From Candidatus Omnitrophota bacterium (lineage in GTDB: Bacteria; Omnitrophota; Gorgyraeia; Zapsychrales; Zapsychraceae): a stretch of 64,000 nt of DNA. A program made the translations under genes and the position numbers. Where the stretch lies: contig JAHFGL010000003.1 of NCBI GenBank assembly GCA_023247445.1, positions 14,128 to 78,127 on the forward strand, given 5' to 3'. Shown in pieces: positions 1 to 9,046 of the stretch (position 1 is the stretch's first letter; every line of letters begins with the position of its first letter). The notes below the pieces were generated by a model. That model did not search any database. It saw nothing but the letters and a program-made list of their open reading frames with translations, and was not told the DNA's origin.

Positions 1-13
1 TGAAACTGGTGAA

Positions 14-766
14 GTGATGCTGGATCTCTCTCGGGGAAAAATGTTTCGAGACAACGAAATTGCCAAATTTAATAGTATTGGATTAGATGAGAAAAGAGTT
101 TCGGGGATTTTAGCAGGAACAGAGGCATTTGATTTGGACTCGGTTCAAGGGGATGTCTTCGGTTCTTTTGGATTTATCACTGATAATCAAGTTTTTCAGA
201 TGGAAGCGCCAAAAGAAGACGGCGATGATATTGTTGTCCGCGGTTTAGTCATGAGTTTGGAGAATGGAAGAATTAAAGTTGAGATGGTTGAGGGGCGAGG
301 GAATAGAAACAAACTATTGCAGGAAGATGATGAAGATGTTTTGGTCTATTCAGTTGTTGGCGATGGTTTTTACGCCGACGAAGCGCTTGTGACAACGAAA
401 CCAAGTGAAACAATGCAAGAATTTGAAGCTGCTTCTGCACCAGATAAGAAGACGAATTTAGGAGAGAAGAAGTACGGTGGTATCAATCTTAATCCGGCGC
501 TACTTGATCTTCAGATCAAACGCGATGGGCAGGGGATTCCACTACCGATGAATCAACAGCCGATTGAAAATATGCATATTGAAGGATTTTTACCGGTCTT
601 TATTAAACTCACGACGATTACCGATTTGCCGCTGATGCTAGGAATTAATATTCCGGCAGACAAGAAAGATGACGAGAAGACTGATATTAGTTTCAATGTA
701 AGTAGCTTGCCGGTTGAGTATCGTGAAGAGTTTTTGGCGAAAGAGTTGGAGTTGGTGGAAGTGTAG
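14..766 (+). CDS. hypothetical protein; may extend upstream of the window (no in-frame stop before nt 14)
   Basis: 750-nt ORF with no motif I recognise; GTG/ATG start at 14/17, reading frame open to the window edge. Confidence 0.35.
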   Translation: MMLDLSRGKMFRDNEIAKFNSIGLDEKRVSGILAGTEAFDLDSVQGDVFGSFGFITDNQVFQMEAPKEDGDDIVVRGLVMSLENGRIKVEMVEGRGNRNKLLQEDDEDVLVYSVVGDGFYADEALVTTKPSETMQEFEAASAPDKKTNLGEKKYGGINLNPALLDLQIKRDGQGIPLPMNQQPIENMHIEGFLPVFIKLTTITDLPLMLGINIPADKKDDEKTDISFNVSSLPVEYREEFLAKELELVEV

Positions 767-860
767 TTAGGGTATTAGGTGATTTGGTGATTAGGGACAG
801 GGGATTAGGTTAGTAGGATATTAGGGACTGAGAGTTAGCGGATTAGGGAATTAGGGACTG
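767..860. repeat. left arm of an inverted repeat flanking the four-helix-bundle gene (degenerate TTAGGGA/ATTAGGG-type units)
   Basis: repeated ttagggtattagg / gattagggaattagggactg units; their reverse complement recurs at 1271-1352 (cagtccctattcacccaataacc). Confidence 0.5.
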
Positions 861-865
861 AAAGG

Positions 866-1270
866 TTGCAAGAAAGGAGGATAGTGATGCCTACGTTTAA
901 AGATTTATGGATTTGGAAAGAATCTCATCAATTAATGCTTGAGATCCACGAGTTAGCTAAGAAGTTACCTGCCGAAGAAAAATTCAGAAAACGAGATCAA
1001 ATAGAAAGATCATCTTCTTCCATCGCTGATAATATTGCCGAAGGTTACGCGGCGTATTATTACAATGATAAGATAAAAACTTTCTACATTGCGCGTAAAG
1101 AAGTAGCAGAGACTCAAAATCACATTGAGGCTTTGGTAGGAAAGAATTATTTGGATAGAAAACAAGCTGATCTTTGGATTAATCAATATAATCGAATAAT
1201 TGCTGGTATTAATGGGTTAGTTGCTTATATTCGCGATAAAAGTCGAAGTGAAGCGCAAAAGAAAAGGTAA
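866..1270 (+). CDS. four-helix-bundle protein of the 23S rRNA intervening-sequence protein family
   Basis: 134 aa; KESHQL..EIHELAKKLP...SSSIADNIAEGY pattern typical of the TIGR02436-type IVS proteins; RBS aaggagg upstream. Confidence 0.75.
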   Translation: MQERRIVMPTFKDLWIWKESHQLMLEIHELAKKLPAEEKFRKRDQIERSSSSIADNIAEGYAAYYYNDKIKTFYIARKEVAETQNHIEALVGKNYLDRKQADLWINQYNRIIAGINGLVAYIRDKSRSEAQKKR

Positions 1271-1352
1271 TTTGGTTATTGGGTCCATCGACGTCCCTAT
1301 TCCCCTAATAATCTAATCACCAGTCCCTATTCACCCAATAACCTAATATCCT
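1271..1352. repeat. right arm of the inverted repeat flanking the four-helix-bundle gene
   Basis: tccctattcccctaataatctaatcaccagtccctattcacccaataacctaat is the reverse complement of the left-arm units. Confidence 0.5.
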
Positions 1353-1445
1353 TTTTCCATTCTTTCTCCTAAAAAAATCCTTCCCTATCCCGTTCCTTAA
1401 TGCTATCTTATTTTTTGAAAACTCCCTGCAATTTTATTTATTCTT

Positions 1446-1586
1446 CGTCATTCTGAGCGATAGCGCACTGACTTTTCCATATTTATATTTAGATGAAGTC
1501 AGTACGTACCAACTTCATCTAAAACTATTAAGGAAAGTTGGTGCGAAGAATCTCCTGAGATCCTTCGGCTTTGCCTCAGGATGACG
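1446..1586 (+). mobile_element. MITE-like palindromic element, copy 1 (TIR + X hairpin + Y palindrome + TIR)
   Basis: cgtcattctgagcg ... cctcaggatgacg terminal inverted repeats; internal hairpin gtactgactt...aagtcagtac; palindrome ctcctgagatccttcg; near-identical copies at 25718, 39752 and 45686. Confidence 0.7.
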
Positions 1587-1613
1587 AAAAATAAGAATTA
1601 ATATATTAAGGCA

Positions 1614-3788
1614 TTGATGTTGTTTGCGCAAAACTCCAAAGATTCTTCATCCCCGTTTTCCCTTCCTGTTTTATTCTTCATCACGTTTCTCTTATGGATC
1701 TTTGCTTTTAAGGATTTTGTTTTTGACAAGATCACGCTAAGCTCGGATGCCTTGGCCTATTATGAACATTTTAAGGTTTTTACTGATGGTCTAAGGCGCG
1801 GGGTTTTCCCAATGTGGGATCCAACCTGGATCACAGGCATTCCAGAAGAATTCTTTTTGCGTCGGATGGGATCATTTAATCCCTTTATTTGGATTATTAT
1901 TATATTTAATAAAATTGGAATTCCTTACAACATTGCCTATCTTCTTTTCTTAAGTTGTTATTATTTTTTTGGCATGGTCGGATTCTATTTATTAGCCAAA
2001 CGCATAATAAAAGATTCTGCCATCGCTTTCTTGGCATATCTACTTCTGATGTTTTCTTCGCTGGGGACAAGAATGTTTGATTCCTATATTCTCCTTACCT
2101 TTGTCCCGATGGTCTGGTTTTTTTTCTTCTGCGTTGCCTTTTGTCAAAATCCGCAGCGGTTTTATTTCTTGGGCCTTATTTTTAGTCTGATGATTTTGTT
2201 TACAACCTACATCCCATTTTATTTTATAACTATCTTTTTAACATTCTTGATTTCTTTGGTGATCTTGTATTTTGCGCAATTAAAAGAGATCGCCGCAAAA
2301 GCGTTGTTTTTTATAAAGGGGAACAAAGGTTTTGTTATTTTGTGCTGTTTGTTCTTTTTCATATCTCTTTGGCCGGGCTGTTTATTTTATAAAGAAGCGC
2401 AGAAGGGGGAGATGGTATTTTTTGAGCGGCATTCGACCTCGAGCGTTTCAAACCAGGTCAGCGTTGGCATTGAAACTGTCACAAGCTGGGGAATCGAGGA
2501 AGATATTGCTTACGCGAGCGCCTTCACCGATTTGAAACGATTTAAGTTTGCCATTCTTTATATATCCTTTTTTGCCTATTTGATTTTTCTTTTGGGCATT
2601 ATTACTGATGTTAACAGAAAAATTCTGTTTCTTTTTGTCTGGGCGGGCCTGCTTATTCTAATAACGACGCCGCGTCTTAGTGGGATTTATGATTATCTTT
2701 ATCAACATGTTTTCTATTTTAAATATTTCCGGAATCTTCATTTCTTCCTGTGGCTAGTTTTACTTCCCATATTTATTCTTTTTTTATCTGGGCAATTAAA
2801 AAATTTATTATCTTTTCAACCTAAGACCAAAACCGGTCGAATTGGTTTTTTAACATTTATTACGTTAGTCCATGCTGGTTTTCTCTACTTTATCTATTCT
2901 CAGGGAAGCAATATCGCCAGCTCTTATGCAGTTGTCATTTTAAGTTGGTTGTTTCTAACGTTATATTTCTTGGGGCGGATTAAAACGTGTTATTTGCCCA
3001 TTATATTTTTGGTCATTGTGATTATCCAGCCGCTGGAGGTTTATCATTATTTATCGCGCAACTCTATCCCCAAGGTTAAAAGTTTTAAACATGTGTATGA
3101 ATCTGATTATTTGTTTCCCAGGATGATACAAACTGAAAATAAATTGATAGAAATGAAGCAAAGTTTTGCCCAGGAGATAAAGGGATTATCTCACTATGCT
3201 GAAAATAAAACGTCCAATTCTTACATTGGACTTAAGTGGATGAATCTTTTTAAGAATAATTTGAATTTAAAGATATTTGATGAATACTCGGCCTATAAGA
3301 TTGTTCTTTATGATCATGTCGAATGGATGAAAGATGACCAAGTTGATTTTGAGCGTCTGGGTAAGGCTATTGCCAACAGCGAAAACGTTGCGTTTATTTC
3401 TGAGTCGCCTCAGAAAGAGGGAGTGGGTGCTTTAGGATCATCAGCGCAAATTATTACAGCTGAATCTAAGGAGGTAAAGATTTTGAAATATGATTTTAAT
3501 GACGTGATATTAAAAACTAATCTCAATAAAGAGAAATTTTTAGTTTATAACGATAGCTATCATAGTGGTTGGCATGTGTTTATCGATGGGAAAGAGGCGC
3601 CCTTATTTCGAACGAATGTTGCCTTTAAAGGTGTTTGGGTGCCCGCGGGAGAACATCAGGTATGGTTTCGCTTTGGCACAGCGCTTGATTATTTTCGAAA
3701 TTATTTTCTTCTTATGATGTTTTATGCCGTTTTTATTTATTTATTATTTCTGGGAAAGAATTTGTATTCTCAAAAAGTGATTAATTAA
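1614..3788 (+). CDS. polytopic membrane protein, YfhO-like GT-C glycosyltransferase family (assignment tentative); paralog of 4713-6950
   Basis: 724 aa, many TM segments; C-terminal LVYNDSYHSGWHVFIDGKEAPLFRTNVAFKGVWVPAGEHQVWFRF resembles the YfhO C-terminal signature; about 60% identical by eye to the downstream copy. Confidence 0.45.
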   Translation: MMLFAQNSKDSSSPFSLPVLFFITFLLWIFAFKDFVFDKITLSSDALAYYEHFKVFTDGLRRGVFPMWDPTWITGIPEEFFLRRMGSFNPFIWIIIIFNKIGIPYNIAYLLFLSCYYFFGMVGFYLLAKRIIKDSAIAFLAYLLLMFSSLGTRMFDSYILLTFVPMVWFFFFCVAFCQNPQRFYFLGLIFSLMILFTTYIPFYFITIFLTFLISLVILYFAQLKEIAAKALFFIKGNKGFVILCCLFFFISLWPGCLFYKEAQKGEMVFFERHSTSSVSNQVSVGIETVTSWGIEEDIAYASAFTDLKRFKFAILYISFFAYLIFLLGIITDVNRKILFLFVWAGLLILITTPRLSGIYDYLYQHVFYFKYFRNLHFFLWLVLLPIFILFLSGQLKNLLSFQPKTKTGRIGFLTFITLVHAGFLYFIYSQGSNIASSYAVVILSWLFLTLYFLGRIKTCYLPIIFLVIVIIQPLEVYHYLSRNSIPKVKSFKHVYESDYLFPRMIQTENKLIEMKQSFAQEIKGLSHYAENKTSNSYIGLKWMNLFKNNLNLKIFDEYSAYKIVLYDHVEWMKDDQVDFERLGKAIANSENVAFISESPQKEGVGALGSSAQIITAESKEVKILKYDFNDVILKTNLNKEKFLVYNDSYHSGWHVFIDGKEAPLFRTNVAFKGVWVPAGEHQVWFRFGTALDYFRNYFLLMMFYAVFIYLLFLGKNLYSQKVIN

Positions 3789-4708
3789 TGATCAAATTTT
3801 TCTCGTTTATAACTCGAAAAGTATTTTTTCTCTACATTGTAATCTTTTTTATCGCTTATCGTTTTTTGGATTATCAAAGCGTATTTGAGATTAGTCGGTT
3901 GAAAACCTTGAACCGGCTTGTGCCGCCGTCTTTTAGTGGTCTTGTCCAATATAGTCAGGGCACAGAACAGTTAAAGAAAGAGGACTTAGAAAGTTATTTG
4001 TATTATTTTAATAAAGTCATAGAATATGTTCCCTATGAGTCAGACCTGGCGGATGCGTATGGCATGTTGGGATTTTGTTACTATGCCAAGGGAGAGCCGC
4101 ACAAGGCGATTGATTTTTACAAAAAAGCCATCGGTCTTAATCCGCATTTCTTTTGGTTTCACTATAACCTTGGTCTTATTTATTACAAACAAGGCCGTTA
4201 TAAGGAAGCGATGGATAGTTTGGATCATGCTATTTCTTCAAATCCGGGAGTTATTGTTGAAGTACTGAAAACATCCAGGATTTACCGCCAGGTTATGGAG
4301 TTATCAAAGTATTCTACGCAAAACATGGACATTGGATTAAAGACAGTTTATCGCAATGCTTATTTGCTTTTGATTACGATGCATGATGCTCGTAAAGATT
4401 ATCCAAAGATGTTTGATTATGCCGGTGTTGCTATTGAGGTGAAGCTAGATGATGACGGTTTATTTTATTTTTATCAGGGATTGGCAGCCTATCGTTTGAA
4501 ATCATATAATAATGCGATTTTTGCTCTACAGGAAAGTCTTCGCCGAAACCAAAACAATGCCGACACTTTTTATTATTTTGGTTTATCATTAGATGCTGTT
4601 GGGAAAAAAGATTATGCGCAGGCCTTTTTGAAGCAAGCCGAGGTGAGAAGAAGAGTTACCCAGGGGTATTCGTTTGACCCACAGAAGGTTAATTTAAAAA
4701 TATTTTGA
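3788..4708 (+). CDS. TPR-repeat protein with N-terminal TM anchor; paralog of 6940-7863
   Basis: AYGMLGFCYYAKGEPHKAIDFYKKAIGLNPHFFWFHYNLGLIYYKQGRYKEA is a classic TPR pair; start overlaps the upstream stop (ATGA). Confidence 0.6.
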   Translation: MIKFFSFITRKVFFLYIVIFFIAYRFLDYQSVFEISRLKTLNRLVPPSFSGLVQYSQGTEQLKKEDLESYLYYFNKVIEYVPYESDLADAYGMLGFCYYAKGEPHKAIDFYKKAIGLNPHFFWFHYNLGLIYYKQGRYKEAMDSLDHAISSNPGVIVEVLKTSRIYRQVMELSKYSTQNMDIGLKTVYRNAYLLLITMHDARKDYPKMFDYAGVAIEVKLDDDGLFYFYQGLAAYRLKSYNNAIFALQESLRRNQNNADTFYYFGLSLDAVGKKDYAQAFLKQAEVRRRVTQGYSFDPQKVNLKIF

Positions 4709-4712
4709 TTGT

Positions 4713-6950
4713 ATGACTAAATATCTAAGAAAAGTTAAACAGTTTTTTCGTTTGGACAACATTGCTTTCTTGCTGTGTCTGGCGTTTTTGATTTGGTTTT
4801 ATGCTTTCCGAGGATTTTTGTTAGATAAATTGACACTCACCTCGGATGCCATGGCCTATTATGATCATTTTAAATTTTTTGCCGATGCTTTAAAGCGTGG
4901 GGTGTATCCTTTATGGGATCCAACCTTTGAGCATGGGATCCCGGTCGAGTTTTTCTTGCGTCGGATAGGTTCTTTTAATCCACTCATTCTTTTCCCATTT
5001 CTTCTTAATAAGCTTGGGATACCTCATGTTTTATCGTATTTATTTTTCTTAGGATTTTATTATTTCTTAGGGATGATTGGGTTTTATTTAATTGCCAAGA
5101 AAATCTTTAAGAATCCCGCGGTCGCCTTTGTTGCTTGTTTACTTCTTATGTTTTCTTCACTGGGGACTCGCCTATTTGATTCGTATATCTTGTTAACGTT
5201 TATTCCCATGGTATGGTTTTTTTATTTTTGCGTGTCATTTTTTGATAGGCCGCAACGATTTTATTTTATCGGCATGATTTTTACGCTAATGATTTTGTTT
5301 GTAACGTATATTCCGTTTTATTTTATTACCATTTTGGGGGCTTTTCTTATTTTGTTTGGTATCTTTTATTTTTCTCATCTTGCCAGCGTTATTAATCGTG
5401 TGAAAGAATTCTTTAAAGGTAACCGCATCTTTGGTGCCTTGTGTCTTTTAGCTTTTTTAATATCGTTATGGCCAGGATATGCGTTTTATAAAGAAACGAA
5501 AGCAGGCGGGCCCGATGCAACCTTGGGAGATAACACAGCGGAGTTTATTTTGCCGGAACGACATGCGACATCCACCTCAGATAGTCAGATCGGGGTCGGG
5601 ATCTCAACAAGTACGTCCTGGGGTATAGAAGAAGATTTGGCCTATAGTCAACACTTTCGAGATTATAAAGAAATTGGATTTGCGGTTGTGTATATCCCCA
5701 TATATGCCTTTATTTTGTTTTGGATTGGGGCTTTTGCAACAACCCAGAGAAATTTTTTCCTTCTCTTTGGGTGGGGGTGTCTTTTGTTATTTATGACGAC
5801 CCCGCGGATTACGGGTCTTTATGAATTCTTGTATGACCATGTTTTTTATTTTAAATATTTTAGAAACTTACATTTCTTCCTTTGGCTGATTTTGCTACCG
5901 CTTTTTATTCTTGTCTTGGCCCAACAATTAAAGAGTTTCTTAAATTTTAAACCACAACGACAAGCCCAGCGGCATGGATTGTTGGCTTTTCTTGCCGTGA
6001 TCCATATCGGTTTTGCAATCTTGGCCTATCTTCAAGGGCAAAATATTGTGTCAACGTATGCCGTTATCGGATTAAGCTTCGGGGTTTTGGTGGCGCATGT
6101 CTACGGATGGCTTAATCCCCGTTATTTACCTGCGTTATTTTTGCTTCTGGTGGTTACTCAACCCCTCGAGGTTTATCATTATTTGAGTAAGAACGCGGTT
6201 ATTAAAGAATATAAATATCGATACGATGAGCCAAATTATTATTTGTCTTTAGGAGCTCAATACAACGATAAAGATCTGTTTAAAGTTCAAGCTGAGAATA
6301 AGGATTTAGTAGGGAATATTGATCAGGTTGTTGATAAGAAGTCAACGCGATCTTATATCAATGTTAAATGGAAAAGTTTCCTTGAGGAAAATTTAAATTC
6401 CACCGTTTATGGGAATTATATGCTTTGTAAAGCACTTCTCTATGATCATGTTGAGTGGATTGATGATGATCATATGGATTTAGAACGTATCGGTAAGGCT
6501 TTTCAGAAATTAGAGAATACAGTCTTTGTGTCTGTTGGCAAGGGAGAGCACCCTCAGGAAGAAGGGGCTATAAAATCTGGATCCAAACCAGAGATTCTTA
6601 CGAAGGATTCAAAGAATCTCCAGATTTTAGAATCTGATTTTAATCATTTTAAAATTAAAGTTCGTTCAGATCGGCCCAAATTTCTTGTTTATAACGACAG
6701 TTATCATAGCGAATGGCAGGTTTTTGTTAATGGCCAGAAAATGCCGTTATATCGAGCGAATATAGCCTTTAAAGGTGTTTGGGTCCCCGCTGGTGAGAGT
6801 GTTGTTTATTTTCGTTATGGCTCGCCGACACGTTATTTTAGAAATTATTTGCTACTAGCGGTATTTTATAGCATGTTTATTTATTTGCTGCTGTTATGGT
6901 ATCAATTTTATAGAAAAAAATCCGGAGTAATCCATCCTCATGAAGTTTAA
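4713..6950 (+). CDS. polytopic membrane protein, YfhO-like (tentative); tandem paralog of 1614-3788
   Basis: 745 aa; conserved blocks LTSDAMAYYDHFKFFADALKRGVYPLWDP, PRITGLYEFLYDHVFYFKYFRNLHFFLW and C-terminal LVYNDSYHSEWQVFVNGQKMPLYRANIAFKGVWVPAGE. Confidence 0.45.
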   Translation: MTKYLRKVKQFFRLDNIAFLLCLAFLIWFYAFRGFLLDKLTLTSDAMAYYDHFKFFADALKRGVYPLWDPTFEHGIPVEFFLRRIGSFNPLILFPFLLNKLGIPHVLSYLFFLGFYYFLGMIGFYLIAKKIFKNPAVAFVACLLLMFSSLGTRLFDSYILLTFIPMVWFFYFCVSFFDRPQRFYFIGMIFTLMILFVTYIPFYFITILGAFLILFGIFYFSHLASVINRVKEFFKGNRIFGALCLLAFLISLWPGYAFYKETKAGGPDATLGDNTAEFILPERHATSTSDSQIGVGISTSTSWGIEEDLAYSQHFRDYKEIGFAVVYIPIYAFILFWIGAFATTQRNFFLLFGWGCLLLFMTTPRITGLYEFLYDHVFYFKYFRNLHFFLWLILLPLFILVLAQQLKSFLNFKPQRQAQRHGLLAFLAVIHIGFAILAYLQGQNIVSTYAVIGLSFGVLVAHVYGWLNPRYLPALFLLLVVTQPLEVYHYLSKNAVIKEYKYRYDEPNYYLSLGAQYNDKDLFKVQAENKDLVGNIDQVVDKKSTRSYINVKWKSFLEENLNSTVYGNYMLCKALLYDHVEWIDDDHMDLERIGKAFQKLENTVFVSVGKGEHPQEEGAIKSGSKPEILTKDSKNLQILESDFNHFKIKVRSDRPKFLVYNDSYHSEWQVFVNGQKMPLYRANIAFKGVWVPAGESVVYFRYGSPTRYFRNYLLLAVFYSMFIYLLLLWYQFYRKKSGVIHPHEV

Positions 6951-7863
6951 ACCACAAATCAAATGGTTATTATTTCTTAATAGGGCGATTATTTTTTATC
7001 TTCTTTTATTTGTTGTCCTGGCGGTTTCTCTAAATCAAACCAGAACAAAATTAAAAGTTAATCTCTTGGCCCTTAATCGTTTAATGCCGTCTTTTGATTA
7101 TTTGGTTAGCTTTGAGGCAGGCGCGGCGCCTTTTAAGGCCAGTGAATTTGATAAATATGTCGACTACTATGAAAATTTTGTTAAATTCGTCCAGGATAGG
7201 CCAGAGGCGTATACGATGCTTGGGTTTTGTTATTATCATATGGGAAAAACAAAGAAGGCGATTTCATTTTATGAAAAGGCGATTAAGTTAGATCCTGATT
7301 ATTTTTGGCCTTATTACAATTTAGGATTAATTTATTTTAAAGAAGGGGATTTTGCGGGGGCAGTTAATTATCTTGGTAAGGCGGTTGATATCAGCCCAGA
7401 TTATTCTTTCAAACTTGTCCGCAATTCAAAACTTTATCGTCCCATTCAAGCGGTCAGTAGTGTTAATTCAGATTTTAAAGCTTTAAAAAAGATGAAGGTT
7501 TACTACACCTATTCTTATAATCTTTTGATTCTAAGTTATATTCAGATGGGAAATTTTCAGAAGGCTTTTGAGGCGGCCAATTTTGGGATTAATTCTAATT
7601 TTGGTCATCAAGATTTTCTTCATTATTATGCAGGGTTAGCCAATTTAAAAATGGGAAACCCTAAATTAGCCATTGTTTATTTTAGAGAATGTATAAACAA
7701 GAATAAGAATTATGTTGATGCTTACAAAGGGTTAGCCCAGGCGCTTATCGCGATGGGAGAAAAAGAGCGGGCGAAAGAGGTGACCAATGCGACCCCATTT
7801 CTATCCAAAGAAAATCCACAAGATATGTTTGACCCAAAGTTAATAAGGTTACAACTTTTTTAA
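6940..7863 (+). CDS. TPR-repeat protein with TM anchor; paralog of 3788-4708
   Basis: AYTMLGFCYYHMGKTKKAISFYEKAIKLDPDYFWPYYNLGLIYFKEGDFAGA. Confidence 0.6.
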   Translation: MKFKPQIKWLLFLNRAIIFYLLLFVVLAVSLNQTRTKLKVNLLALNRLMPSFDYLVSFEAGAAPFKASEFDKYVDYYENFVKFVQDRPEAYTMLGFCYYHMGKTKKAISFYEKAIKLDPDYFWPYYNLGLIYFKEGDFAGAVNYLGKAVDISPDYSFKLVRNSKLYRPIQAVSSVNSDFKALKKMKVYYTYSYNLLILSYIQMGNFQKAFEAANFGINSNFGHQDFLHYYAGLANLKMGNPKLAIVYFRECINKNKNYVDAYKGLAQALIAMGEKERAKEVTNATPFLSKENPQDMFDPKLIRLQLF

Positions 7864-7872
7864 AATCGCTGC

Positions 7873-9039
7873 ATGAATCTAAAAGAAAAAGTTTTCTCCA
7901 AATTCCCCGTATGGTGTTTTATCGTTTTTGCTGCGATGTGCCTTCTTCATTATTTTTCCCTGCGGCCGTTATGGCTTGATGAACAATTCATTTTAAATAA
8001 CATTCAAGATTATAATTATGTCCAAGTTTTTGGTCCTTTAAAGAATCTGCAGGCTTTTCCCCGGGTTTATTTGGTTGTAGTCAAAGCTTTTTCACAGGCA
8101 TTTGATTATCATTTGCTTTCACTGCGGTTTTTTTCTTTGGTTTTTATGCTGGGCGCTTTTGTAATCTGGATAAAGCTGTATCAACGCCAGTGGCAAGACA
8201 AGGTGGGGATATTTTTATCGATATTATCTTTTACCGTTAGTTATCAATTGGTCTATTATTCTGCTGAACTCAAACCTTATTCGATGGATGTTTTAGCGGT
8301 TGGATTATTTTGTTTGTTTTTTTACTATCAACAACAATTTGTTAGTAAGAGTCCAACAGCTTGGCTGTATTGTACGAGCATTCTTTTACCTTTCTTGATT
8401 TTCTTTTCCTATGCGGGTTGTTTCGTGTTTTGGATGGTCGGTTATAATTTTATAATTCTTATCCGAGATAACAAAAAGTTGATTCCCGTTTTTCTGGTCA
8501 ATGCCGCTGTGTCTTTATTGTGCCTGGCCCTTCTTTATTTTATCGATTTAAGGCATGGCATGTATATGAACGGGTTTTATCAGTATTGGAAAAATTATTT
8601 TTTAGGCATAAATTCTTTTACGGCCTTTATAACTCCGTTTGGCGAGGCCTTAAAAGAAATTGGAACATGGTGGTATGGCAATACTAAGTTATTAATCCGC
8701 ATGGCAACCCCGTTTTTGCCTTTATTGGTATTTTCTTTGGCGAAATATGGCTTTGGCGGATGGAAGAAAAATGGCTGGGGAATTTTTACGATCCCGCGGA
8801 TGTTTGGTGTTCTTTTTGTGGAATTGATCATTTTAAGCATTTGCCACAAATATCCTTTTACCGGTGATCGCATCACATTATTTCTGGCGCCATTTGTTTT
8901 TTATATGATTGTTAAAGGGATTGATAGCTTACGGAAGATTAAGATTCTTCATGCCATTTGCTTTGGGTATTATTTATTTTTTCTGGGCGTTTGTTTGGTT
9001 AGCAGCTTTCTCCATTATCTGAGTCTTTACAAACAGTAG
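7873..9039 (+). CDS. polytopic membrane protein, GT-C fold (PMT/ArnT GT39/GT83-like) glycosyltransferase candidate
   Basis: 388 aa; first-loop LRPLWLDEQF acidic motif after TM1, then many TM segments. Confidence 0.4.
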   Translation: MNLKEKVFSKFPVWCFIVFAAMCLLHYFSLRPLWLDEQFILNNIQDYNYVQVFGPLKNLQAFPRVYLVVVKAFSQAFDYHLLSLRFFSLVFMLGAFVIWIKLYQRQWQDKVGIFLSILSFTVSYQLVYYSAELKPYSMDVLAVGLFCLFFYYQQQFVSKSPTAWLYCTSILLPFLIFFSYAGCFVFWMVGYNFIILIRDNKKLIPVFLVNAAVSLLCLALLYFIDLRHGMYMNGFYQYWKNYFLGINSFTAFITPFGEALKEIGTWWYGNTKLLIRMATPFLPLLVFSLAKYGFGGWKKNGWGIFTIPRMFGVLFVELIILSICHKYPFTGDRITLFLAPFVFYMIVKGIDSLRKIKILHAICFGYYLFFLGVCLVSSFLHYLSLYKQ

Positions 9040-9046
9040 TCTAACC

